Shown here in pieces: positions 1 to 12,310 of a stretch of DNA of 64,000 bases. Origin of the DNA: Chrysomallon squamiferum (Eukaryota; Animalia; Mollusca); assembly GCA_012295275.1 (NCBI GenBank), contig CM022675.1:4402001-4466000 (forward strand), read 5' to 3'. The translations under genes were made by a program, and so were the position numbers. Each line of letters begins with the position of its first letter. Position 1 is the first letter of the stretch. Below the pieces are notes generated by a model that saw only the letters and a list, made by a program, of their open reading frames with translations, was not told the origin of the DNA and made no database searches.

Positions 1-453
1 CAACAATAATAACGACGACAACAAACAACAATAATGAGTGTGATGAAAATTAAATAACTGCATAGCGTAACAACAATACGCAATATGATTAAACATAACA
101 GCATAAACTGGCACGTTATGACATATATTAAAAATAAACTATTTACTATAAATGCAAAATTAGCTCACATATTTTGACGTAGCTAAGTATAAATAACAGC
201 AATATTATATATATAATAACGTAACATAACAATAATAATAACGAAACAATATTACATATTACAAAATTGTATATCATCACATAACTAAGTAATTATTTAT
301 AAGTTTAGAAAACATAACATTATGAACATGTGTAAATGTTTACAATATAAACAAAATACATTTGTATAAATGTATATATAATATCGTAACATAAAATTTC
401 ATCAACATAAAGCAACATAAATAATTAAGATAAATATTAATAAATGAACACAG

Positions 454-506
454 GTCCGTGGTCTGACAGAAAACAAGAAGAAATGTTAGAAGAATATTTT
501 ACACTG
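454..506 (+). pseudogene. Truncated exon-2 fragment of a CTLD/WSC receptor paralog (preceded by intron-1 sequence at 1-453)
   Basis: acacag|GTCCGTGGTCTGACAGAAAACAAGAAGAAATGTTAGAAGAATATTTTACACTG matches the start of exon 2 at 2738, 13120 and 27110 (PWSDRKQEEMLEEYFTL), then breaks off into spacer-like sequence. Bases 1-453 align with intron 1 of copy B (about 12661-13119). Confidence 0.85.
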
Positions 507-2737
507 AATTCTTTACACTGATCTAAAAACAGCCTCAGTTGAGATTGTTTATTCTGTGATGTTTGCTTTTCTGATTTGAATTTTCCACTTCACCTTGTGC
601 CCCATTTAGATTCATATTACAAAGTTTGTAACTTGTGTAAGTACTGTGATAACACTGTAGCTGATTATAATCGTCATTTTTGGTCCAGGTATTTTATTTT
701 TTTTTTCTCATATACTCTCAGCTATTGAATTTTATTTCTACTGCGATATAGGAATTAATTAATTCAAATTTAGTTTACTTGTCAAAAGACAAACGTACAA
801 AAAGAACTTGTGAAGTGAAGCGAAACTGGTGCGGGGGTGGTAATGTTTGACATTTTAGAAGTTGGTGTTCAACAACCGAGATTTACCACAGCTTTGTTTG
901 TTTGTTTGTTTGTTTGTTTGTTTGTTGTTGTTGTTGTTGTTGTAGTTATTCTTTTCAGAAAATAAATTCAGGTACAAACATTACAAGCTGTACTAACAAC
1001 CTCCATTCAATGAAGTCAGTTTCGGAGAGTGGCGAGCTCTCTAAATGAGAGAAACTTAACTGTGAAACTTAGTTTAATGTAATGTACTAATTTTATTTTA
1101 ACTGTTTTTGTGAGACAGTTGTACTTGATGTTCACCATATGGGAATCATCGTTTTTGACGCGAAAACAGTCTGAAGTTTCAGTTATTTGATTATTTCAAA
1201 CAAACAGCAAACTTTAACTAACAGAGTGACTTTCATCTCAAACCAGTATTATCAGTCACATATTTATCACAGATCATATAAATGTAATTGTAAATTCAAA
1301 AATAATAAAAGAAAAATAATAACAAAATAAAATAATAATAATGATGATGATAGTAACAACAATAACGATGTATTAATGATATTTAAGGTAAAGAAATAAC
1401 AAGACAATAAGAGATGGAGAGGTAACGAGGACGTGGGTGACAACGTCATTATGTAATTGTCTGGTTGTGTTTTCTACGCAATTTGCTGATGTGCGCTATC
1501 TTAAGACTGCGCTGCTCATTCTTAAGATCGGTAGAACACGCGGAATTCGAGGAAATTAAACTAACATACAAAATGTGACCTCATGTACACTAACTGAATA
1601 CAAACATGTTTTATGTTTGAAATCAAGGAGATTTACTGATAATATAATAGGATACAACTAAATAAATAGATAAAGACAACATAAAAACAAAACAGATATC
1701 TAAAATTAATATTTTATAATATTAGCTTTAGTACTAATGACAAATTTAGTATCTCATATGACACTAGTCTACATGCACTGATGTTTACAGATGGTCCCAT
1801 AGTTCGGTCGAGTACGTTAATGGTACGCGCCAAGTACGATACAGAATTTTAAAAATACATTAACTACATTACAGGTAGAACTTAGACAACTGTAAAGATG
1901 ATCTAAATTCATTATAGCTGTTTGTTTAATTAGTATTAACATTCTCTGTATGACTGAGTGTTATAAAACTGAGATATACTACTTGTGTAATCTCTGTCCC
2001 AGATTTTTATGTTTCAAAATCATTCTGTAAGAAAACAACTGCTTTCAATTATTTATATTGCTCAGCTCTTCCAACATCGCATTTTAGTTGATAAAATGAT
2101 ATTTTTACAATATACACCAATGCTTGAAATTTACAAGCTTAATATTAATTGTTTTAAACAAATGTGACAGTTCAAAGTTTGTTATTTGTTAACAATTTAT
2201 CAGTTTTGCAAAGAACTGAAGTAGACACTGGTCTTTAATCTAATACTGTCTATTCTCCTTTAATCTGTGACAATAAGCTGTGAATACGTCTGTATGTGAA
2301 AATCAACTGTGTTTGTATCTGTTGTGTCTAAATGTGTGTATATAAGCATGTATTAATGTATGTATGTAAAAGAAGTACATAGCGTAACACCAAAAGATAA
2401 AACAGTTGAACTGAGAGTTTCGACATAAGATAACATGTTTTAATATAACAGGTAAACATTGAATAATAGCCTAAACTAGCATGTTTTAACACAATATCTT
2501 TTAAAAATAAACTACTTACTATAAACGCAAAATTACATAACATAACATAATACCTACAGCAACATTATATATAAAATAACATAACGTAACATAACAAAAA
2601 TAATAGTAGCAGTATCACATATTACAATAAGACATAACTTGACTAAAATACACAATAACATAAAATTGTAATATTTATATATTTTTGCAACATAAAGCAC
2701 CATAATAATTAAGATAAATATTAATAAATTAACACAG

Positions 2738-3330
2738 GTCCGTGGTCTGACAGAAAACACGAAGAAATGTTAGAAGAATATTTTACACTGGATAAAAAAC
2801 AAACTTGGTGGGAGGCAGCGTATTCTGGCTGTGAGGAGGCAGGAGGCAGACTCGTTGTTCATCATTCTGGTTTAGACGAAAACAAACTTTTTTCTGTAAT
2901 GGAAGAAGACAAAGATTATTGGGTAGGAGCTTTAGAGACGTATACACCGTGGATGTGGACTGGTAGGTATAGTTTACTGATTTCATTTTGTGTTTATAAA
3001 TCTGAGTTCAGTAACAAAATACAGTTTTAAATTGTTGTCACTTTCCCAGAGACAGATGAACCGTTATTTCAACACAAAGGAGAAACAGATACAACTGAAC
3101 TTACAAGTGATTACACGTTACAAGATAACAGCGCATTCTCTTGTTTCATCAAGTGTAGAGCTTCTTCTCATACTGTGGGTCTACAAGTAAGTTTGTCTGT
3201 CTGTCATTTATTTTGTTTTGTGTTATTTATTTGTTTATTTTTATTTACTTTTGTTTGTATGTTCATTTATTTAAATTATTTCTCATTTTCGAATTTTTTA
3301 AACGAGGACAACAACAACAAAAACAACAAT

Positions 3331-3365
<35 letters not shown>

Positions 3366-3809
3366 ATAATAATAATAATAATAATAACAATAACAATAAC
3401 AATAACCATAACAATATCTACAAGAAGAAATAACACGAAAGTTGTTTTGTTTTCAGGGTAGACGTTGTTTTTGTAAAATTGCTGACAGTGGACTAAGTAA
3501 GAGAGAAGATTGTGTCAGATGTGCAGGAAGCTACTCAGAATTCTGTGGTGGAGAACACTTTATTTCTGTGTACAAGATTGGTAAGAGTCGAAATGAAATT
3601 TTAAATATTTTTTACTTTTTTTTTTTATAAATAACTAATGATATTTTAAGTGTACAGTGTTTTTAAATACAAAGTGTGTTATACAGGGTACCTGTTTAAG
3701 ATTATTTACAAAGAGTAGCCAAAAATATCATGATTTAGCAAAGTGATATGTGATTAATTTTAATATTTATGTATATACGTATCTATGCGTCTGTGTTAGT
3801 GTATCTAAC

Positions 3810-3863
<54 letters not shown>

Positions 3864-5905
3864 AAGTTAGATACATTACACAGGTGTGTATATATATATA
3901 TATATATAAAGTTAGATACATTAACACATTATATATATATAAAATATTAAGAAATATTCCGTTCCTTGGTGATTATAAAATAACTGATTCTCTATGAGAA
4001 GATTTGAACCAGAGTCGTCTGTGTCTCATCATTTATTATGTGTGTGTTGCAGATTTACCAGACTCGGTGAAAGTCATTGCCAACGTTGCTGTCAACAGCA
4101 ACTGTGGCTACGTCAAATACAACAGAAATTGGAAAGTGTTAGAACTGGGATTTCAAAACTGTGAGAATTATGAAAACCGTGTATGTCATAGTAAGTTATT
4201 TTATATAATTTTTCAAAACATTAAAATAATAATAACAATAACAACAACAACAACAATAATAATAATAACAGTATCAGTATTAATAGTAGTAGTTATAACA
4301 ATAGTAATAGTAATAGTAGTAGTAGTAGTAGCTATTGCTGTGGTCGTTATTATTATTAGTAGTAGTATTGTTGCTGTTGTTGTTGCTGCTGTTGTTCATA
4401 AAGTGCTGATTATTTTTATTTATTTAGATAATTACAAAGTGGAGTGGCCAGGGTTAAAATGTACGTCTGAAATATGTATTACAAAATGGCCAAAGAGAAA
4501 GACAACATGGACCATCTCGGATCGTATATGTGATCTGTCCAAAGTAACAAACAGTTCAGTGTCAGACTTGACAACTCTACTGTCACAAAGCAAATACTGG
4601 GTGGGTCTGCAGAGAAAGTCTGAATGGCGATGGGTTACTGGTAATAAAATTATTACATCTTCTTATTATTTATTTATTTATTTGTTTATTTTGTCATTAA
4701 AAATTAAATTATTTCTAAAATATTTGTTGTATTTATGCATATATATCTATGTACGTGCGTTTGTATTTACGTCTGTTTGTATCTATTATGTGTATATATG
4801 TGTATATGTTTGGGTATTTATGTGTGTATGTATGTCTATGCATGTATGTGAGTGTAAGTGTGTGTGTGTGTGTGCGTGTAAGTATATATTCATGCTTTTA
4901 TTGGGTTATTGGTGACTTATAAGAAATATTATATCTCTGATTTTATATCTATCTATCTATCTATCTATCTATAAATTCTGCTCAAATTCTTGGTTAATAA
5001 AAATCTGAAACTGTTATAGACACGATCCTTGGCTAAACGTTTGGAGTTTGATATCTTGTGGAATTCTCTTTCCAGCAACACTAACATTATAAAGACAGGT
5101 CCAGTGGTTGTGGAGATATTGTGATCTAAAGACTTTTGGTCAATTATGTCAAAAAATGTCAAATTTCGAAGATCGGTATATCCAGAAGTACTGGTCGGAT
5201 GAAGACGAAATTCGATGTTTGGCCGTTTGAAACCAGAATCGTTTTATCAAAATGTGAATAGGTCGGGTTACACCCGCTCAGTGAACTGACATGTATCTGT
5301 CTGTATGTCTGTATGTATGTATGTGTGTGTATCTGTATGTATGTATGTGTATGTGTAAGCAGGGGTATGCAGTTGTGTTTCTAATAGTAGAATCTGTGAC
5401 GTCTGATCTGAAGTGACAGCAGTGGTGTGGTAGTAGTTGTTGTGATGATAATAATAATATGATGCTTTAGTTTTGAAATGTTGATGTATACGTCTTTTTA
5501 ATCAGAAAATAATTTGATTTCATACACAGGTGAAGAGTTCTGGGTAGATTCCGATTATTCCAATCACGAAAAACATGAAGCCATTGTATGGACAAAAGAA
5601 TTTCATTTTTATTATGGATATAAAATGAAGTGGTATGTTTCTTCATCAGATGTGAACAACAGTGTGGCTTGTCAAAAGTGTGAGTATCGTGTACACACAA
5701 ACAATAAACAAACAAACAAACAAACAAATAAGTGTTCATTACTCTACATCTCCACTAAATATTTTAATTAACAGTAGTTCTAAACAACCAGTTATTGTTA
5801 TTACTGTTATTATTATTATTGTTACTATTATTATTATTATTATTATTACTATTATTATTATTTTTACTGTTATTATTATTATTATTATTACTATTATTAT
5901 TACTG

Positions 5906-5945
<40 letters not shown>

Positions 5946-6424
5946 TGTTGTTGTTGTTGTTGCTGTTGCCGTTGATGTTGTTTTCATAGTCTTTGTTTTG
6001 TTTTTCTTCATTCTTCATTTCTTCGTAACATGGCTCTCTCTCTTTCCTTTTTTTACTTCTTTCTTTTTTATTCTTGTTGTTTTTTGTTATCTCGACATTT
6101 CTCCTTTTTGTTTTCTGATTTGTTTTACTTTATTGCAGATAAAAACACAAAATCGACAGCAAAGGCATCGTCAACAACAGCAGAATCCTCGACTACTACG
6201 GCAAAGACGAAAAACCCAGATTCGATGTCTTCAGCACCACAGTTTACTACAGAGAACATGAGTCCAGTATCAACTTCTCAGCCTAAGAGAAGGGACATAA
6301 CTTCACCTAAAAGTAGCGCACAGGCTGACAACAGACAAAATATACCAGGTTAGTTTGTTAGTATTTATTAGTTTCTCCGTTATCAAACAGAGGTTACATG
6401 TAAACCACTAATAATGATAATAAA

Positions 6425-6505
<81 letters not shown>

Positions 6506-7585
6506 ATACATTTATATATTTAAAATAAATGTTAATGTCTCTAATCTTTTTTTTCAATTTCTGTGATTTTGTAGCACTTGCTGGTGGTGTTGTTGCTGCT
6601 GTTGTAGTAGTGTTAATTGTCGTAGTTCTCATTTTACTGTGGACTAAACGGTAAGTTTTTTCTTTGTTTGTTTTAGTTTTTTGTTCATTAAATAAAAATA
6701 ATAATAATAATACAATTATTGACAAATGAATAATATTTAGATATTTGTATGTCGATAAGTCTGTATATATGTAGGTATGTTTGTTTTTACATATATGAAG
6801 TATACAATTTTTAAAATATTTAACTTTAATTTTTTCCCAGATCACGTCGATTTTGTTTTAAAACTCAGAAGTTACCAGAATCAAGAATTAATTTTAACAA
6901 AAGAAACAATGAAATCAGCTCTGCTGAAGATTTACAACGTGGTCACACAAATCCGAGTTATGAGGTAACAACGACATCGACGTCGGCAGATTATGAATTT
7001 GAATCAGAAAATCAAGGAAACCACAGTGTTTACTGCAACGTCCCAAGCGGAGTTACAGTCAACATGGAAAACAGAAATAATAACGACTACGACATCGCAG
7101 ATGTTAAAGCAGATGTTAAATCACTTCCCATTAACAGATCTACTGCTGACGACAACGATGGAGACAACGAAACACCGTATATCAACACGGCAACGACTAC
7201 GACATCTACAGTAGACAAACACGTCTCAAGCAGTCATGAAGGAGACTACGACAGCACAGATACAACAAATACAACAACTCATAGATCTAACATCTACAAC
7301 AACCTTGACGGTGACTACGATACCTGTGATAAGAAAAAGAAAACAACTACGTCTGATGTCTACAACCGGCTTGGTGTTGACAATGACAGCGACTACGACA
7401 GCACAAATAGAGAAAAGACAACTGCAACTGTATCCGACGTCTACAACCACCTCGTTGATTCTGAAGACTACGACACCATGGACAGTAGACCTCCAACATC
7501 AACAACAACATCAGACCTGTATAACCATATTGACCAACCTGACAGCGACCTCTACGACATCGCTGATGCTGTTACTTCTGATTAA
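2738..7585 (+). CDS. Receptor copy A: CTLD(WSC insert)-CTLD-S/T stalk-TM-Tyr-rich tail, exons 2-10; exon 1 absent locally
   Basis: Exons 2738-2962, 3050-3186, 3457-3580, 4053-4190, 4428-4640, 5530-5679, 6139-6348, 6575-6650 and 6841-7585 are all GT-AG and phase-compatible. Motifs: WWEAAYSGCEEAGGRL..YWVG..WMW (CTLD N-half), CFC..CAGSYSEFCGGEHFISVY (WSC-like), TM ALAGGVVAAVVVVLIVVVLILLW followed by TKR, and a tail with repeated DYD/YNxL. Confidence 0.85.
4975..5290. mobile_element. Probable interspersed-repeat insertion in receptor intron 6 (also about 29250-29550)
   Basis: Complex, more GC-rich block flanked by simple repeats in copies A and C, absent from the short intron 6 of copy D; family not identified. 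Confidence 0.35.
6426..6501. repeat. (CT)n microsatellite in receptor intron 8 (paralogous tract at about 30746-30845)
   Basis: Direct observation. Confidence 0.95.
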
Positions 7586-7867
7586 CCACATCCCAGTCTG
7601 TATGGAGACACTGCCTCATCTAACAATCAAATTCCTACTAGGAAATCAGAAATCTCTGAGAACGTCCACGACGATTCCGACAACAATGACAACGTTTCTG
7701 AAGGCAGTGGAAATTTTTAGTTTGTTCTGGAAAATTCTGATTTAAAAGATAATGTCGCAAGTTACTGGATCGATATTTTCATACAAAATTTGTCGTCTGC
7801 TGTGAAGAGTTTTTTGAAATCCATCTTAACTGTGTCTCATACTACTTTTTTTTAATTTTTTTTTCTT

Positions 7868-7898
<31 letters not shown>

Positions 7899-8254
7899 TT
7901 ATTATTATTATTATTATTTATATATATATATTTAATTTTTTAATTTTTTTTGTTATTTTCTTATTTATTTTCTTATTTATTTGGATCTTGTTGTTGTTCT
8001 TGTTGTTATTTTTTATTTTTCTATTGTTATTATTTGTTATATTTCTTATTTATTTATGTTTTGTTTCTTTATTATTATTATTTTTTTCTTATTATTATAA
8101 AAGGTTAAGGAAAGTTTATTCAAAAATTCAGAAATCCTAAATTCCAGTTTGTGATGTGTTATAGTTTTCCAATAGATGAAGCAATCACAAGCCTTACTTT
8201 ATTCACAAATTTATTACAAATATTAAAATACCTCAAGACCATCTGTATACTTTT

Positions 8255-9013
8255 GCACGAGTGCCTAACTTACGAGTTTTTCGAGTTACTTCGAGTTACA
8301 AGCAGTCGACATCCAATTTTTTGCTTTGAGTGGCGAGCCAAAATCCCAGTTACGAGCGAGTTAAAGATATGCTGCCGCTAATTGGCGCAACGAACAACAA
8401 AACATCCGCCCAGCATCCTGCTGCTGACTCGTTTACTTCACGTGGTTACCTCGACGCGGAAACATCTCTGTTGTGTTGTGTTCGCGTTTTGTGTAATTTT
8501 CACAAATTTCTTTTTCCTGACCATGGATTGTAAGAAAGTGAGTGCAAAGGACAGTGCTGAGAAGAAGAAGTGGATGTTATCTATTGAATTAAAGCATGAA
8601 ATCATAGAAAAACATGATCACGGTCTGCATGTAGTCGACTTGGCTTGGCAGTACGAGCGTAGTACTTTTACGATTTGTACCATACTGAAGCAGAAGGAGT
8701 CGATAAAGGCTGTAACTCCAGCCAAAGGCGTTAAAATAATTTGTCTGATCGCCAAGATAAATGCACTTTACAAAACCAAGTTATTTCTTTTCATTCTCTT
8801 TTATTTTGTTTTTATACAATATTTTCCATTTATAAATACATTTTTGTTATTTAAAAGCACGTTACAAAAATTTAGTGTGTTTTAAGGGGGGGCTGGAACG
8901 GATTAATGGTATTTCAATTAATTTCATTTAGAAAACTTGATTTGATATACGAGCTAATTGAGATACGAGCTAGGTCGCGGAACGAATTAAACTCATAAGT
9001 CAAGGTACCACTG
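8255..9013 (+). mobile_element. Non-autonomous Tigger/pogo-type DNA transposon with a remnant N-terminal HTH
   Basis: Right end ..cataagtcaaggtaccactg|TA; left end degenerate. Internal frame [49 protein letters not shown] resembles the CENP-B/Tigger HTH. Three related copies lie in the window. Confidence 0.8.
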
Positions 9014-9729
9014 TATATCTATATATAGTAAAATAATAAATGAAAAACATCAACGTAGAAATGACTATACATATCTTTATATTACATTACTTCATATACA
9101 CCTATTCTATATAATCATCTAAGGATATTTTAATATTTTATTTTAATAATTTTTCATATACGTTTTGCATTTTCTGTTTCTAGTCGAAGTCTGTTTTATA
9201 CTAACATTTTTACTATTGCTCTAACTTTATTGTGATATAGTAAACCTCGCTACTATTCAAATGGATTATCCGGTAAATTAATATATATTTTGACTTTCGA
9301 ACGATTGATTTATTCTCTGTTTCAAGTGTTATTTGAATAAAACATTGAAAAATGGAAAATTTGAATTCTTATCTTTGTGTTTATTGCATGAGTGTTACCT
9401 TCTGAAGAAAAAGGTTTAATCTCAGTTCGAAGTACTTTGGCATAGCGGCCATTTTGTTCTTGTTCTCGGAACGTGTATCACGAACATCGTTCATACACTA
9501 TTTGTTACGTTCTCGAGGTTTTGTCTGCGAACTTTCTTCATATAAACAGCCTCGACCAAACACAAATCAAATATTTTAGCTTCATCTGATTGTACAGTAT
9601 AAAAGATTTTGTCACCCGAAAGTAGTAGAAAAAACCTTATGAAACTTTCTGTAATGTCTGTTAACTATTTTCCAGAGAAAATGTCGGTTTAGAACGAGCC
9701 CTTAAATTTGAACATTAGAAATTACATCG

Positions 9730-9970
9730 CCACACACACACACACACACCCATACGCATACATGAACACACACACACACACACATGAACACACACGAACA
9801 CTCTTTCTCTCTGACAAACACACACACACACACACTCACACGCACACACTCACACACACTCACACTTTTTCTCTCCGACAAACACATACACACACACACT
9901 CTCTCACACACACATAAACGCACACACACAGTCTTTCTCTCAGACACACACTCACACACACACATACGCA
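9730..9970. repeat. Imperfect (CA)n/(CT)n tract
   Basis: Direct observation; explains ORFs 9702-9984. Confidence 0.9.
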
Positions 9971-10712
9971 CGATGTCTTTCTAGAGGTATATTCGTGTTT
10001 ATGTGGGTTATAATATTTTATATTTCAGCATCTGAACATTCTAAAAGTTGATTTTCAAGAACCTAGGTTTACTACAGCTTTGTTTTTATTTTTCACAAAA
10101 TAAATTCAGACCCAAACATTTCTAGCTGCATTCAGTGAAGTCAGACTTTGAGAGTGACGAGCTCTCTATGTGAGGGAAATACATCTGTGAAACTTAGTGT
10201 AATGTAATATATTAATTTTATTGAACTGTTTTGTGAGAAAATTGTCCTTGATGTCTCACCATATTGGTATGATTGCTTCTGAGGCTTCACAGACTGGGTC
10301 CATCATTCAAAAAAACAGACTGAAGTTTCAGTTAATTGATTACTACAAACAAACAGCAAACTTTAACTAACAGAGTGACTATCATCTCAAACCAGTGTTA
10401 TCAGTCACATATTTCTCACAGATCATATATATTTAATAATGTAAATTTAATAATAATAATAATAATAATAATGGCGATGTATTAATGATATTAATAAGAA
10501 TGGGAGGGTAAGAAAGAACAAGAAAGATACAATCTGACAGTAAGAGATAGGAGAGATTATGACGACGTGTGTCACAACGTCATTATGTAATCGTGTGTTC
10601 TGCGCTATTTTAAGACTGCGCTATTTTAAGACTGCGCTATTTTAAGACTGCGCTGCGCATTCTTACGATCGATAAAACTCGCGTTATTTTCCAGATCGCT
10701 CAAGTCAAATCA

Positions 10713-11057
10713 GTCAGCACTTACACACATCCTAACTGTTAAACTGAATGTTTCACTAGAGACAGCACTTACACACATCCTAACTGTTAAACTGAATGTT
10801 TCACTAGAGACAGCACTTACACACATCCTAACTGTTAAACTGAATGTTTCACTAGAGACAGCACTTACACACATCCTAACTGTTAAACTGCATGTTTCAG
10901 TAGACACAGCACTTACACACATCCTAACTGTTAAACTGAATGTTTCACTAGAGACAGCACTTACACACATCCTAACTGTTAAACTGAATGTTTCACTAGA
11001 GACAGCACTTACACACATCCTAACTGTTAAACTGAATGTTTCACTATAGACAGCACA
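10713..11057. repeat. 48-bp minisatellite, about 7 copies
   Basis: Unit GACAGCACTTACACACATCCTAACTGTTAAACTGAATGTTTCACTAGA, near-identical copies. Confidence 0.95.
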
Positions 11058-11474
11058 TCATTATTAAATAAAATAAACAGTGAAAACCTGCCAGATTTTA
11101 TTTTTGTTTGTGACAACCCCCACGTGAATTTGAGGAGAACATTTCTCATAATTAAAGTAACATAAACAGTGTGGCTTAATGAACACTGATCTATAAATTA
11201 AATACAAACAGGTTTTATGTTTAAAATCAAGAAGTTTCACTGATAATATTACAGGATATAACTAAGTAAATAGACAAAGTGAATTTAAAATGAAAAAACG
11301 TGCAATTATAAACGATAGAAAGATAATATTTTGTTTACAAACAGGACAACAAATTCTTAATCATTTAATTTTAATAACAGAACAATACATACATACATAT
11401 ATACATATGTATAGACAATGTTCGTGCAGCTAACACTTCACTATCATTTCCTCGTCTTCTAGACATGGTAAAAA

Positions 11475-12020
11475 GTTAGTATGTGATAGTTAGTATATGT
11501 TAGTGTATGTTAGTATATGTTAGTATATGATAGTGTATGATAGTTAGTATATGTTAGTGTATGATAGTGTTGTGAAAAAAATAAAATGAGTTTGGATATG
11601 CAGTTCTGTGTGTTTGTATGTGGATATTTCTAGGGTGTGTGTGTGTGTGTGTGTGCGTGCGTGTATCTATGTATTTATTTGTATATGCATTCCTGTATGT
11701 ATTTGTATATGCATGTATGCATAGATGCATATATTTATGTGTCAGTGTATGTATGCGTTATGTATGTAAGCATTATGTATGTATGTTTGTATGTTTGTAT
11801 CAATCTATGTATGCATTTTTGTGTGTATGCATTATGTATGTATGTATGTTTATATGTTTGTATCTATCTATGTATGTATTTTTGTGTGCATGCATTATGT
11901 ATGTATGTTTGTATGTTTGTATCTATCTATGTATGTATTTTTGTGTGTATGGATTATGTATGCAGTATCGTTGTATGTATGTATGAATTAGTAAATGTAT
12001 GTATTTATGAATGTATGTAA
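11475..12020. repeat. Low-complexity (TAGTATATGT)n and (TATG)n/(TG)n tract
   Basis: Direct observation; explains ORFs 11618-12020. Confidence 0.85.
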
Positions 12021-12310
12021 AAAAGACGGAGTCATATAAATACATACACATATTATTAATAAAGCAACTTATTGTTAAAATAAACTCATACAACTTATAT
12101 TAGTAAAACGGACGCATCACTTATAATTATACCAACACAAAACTACAAACAGTGTCATCCGTAATCTAAGTAGCCAGATTCATGCTCTGTTTTCCTCTTT
12201 CTATTAATATCTGATCTACTTCCTTGTCGGTTTTAGCAAAACTCGGTTTTATATTGTCTTGCGTAAGAATTGCGTATATAAAAATAAAGAGAAGAAAACA
12301 AAAAGAAATA

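Noticed and set aside
4004-4915. 303-aa ORF with a long hydrophobic 'TM' stretch (also 28273-28881, 5662-6261)
   Set aside because: Read-through of real exons across (ATA/GTA/GTT)n intronic microsatellites; GT-AG boundaries and the D paralog define the true exons.
7236-7745. Overlapping Thr-rich ORFs (7236-7745, 31337-32218)
   Set aside because: Alternative frame of the tail exon; the phase from the TM exon selects the D/Y-rich frame.
8382-8885. Functional CENP-B or transposase gene
   Set aside because: Only the N-terminal HTH is present, there is no DDE domain, and it lies within a short non-autonomous element.
10710-11018. 102-aa repetitive ORF (MCVSAVSSETFSLTVR)n
   Set aside because: Translation artefact of a 48-bp minisatellite whose unit length is divisible by 3.
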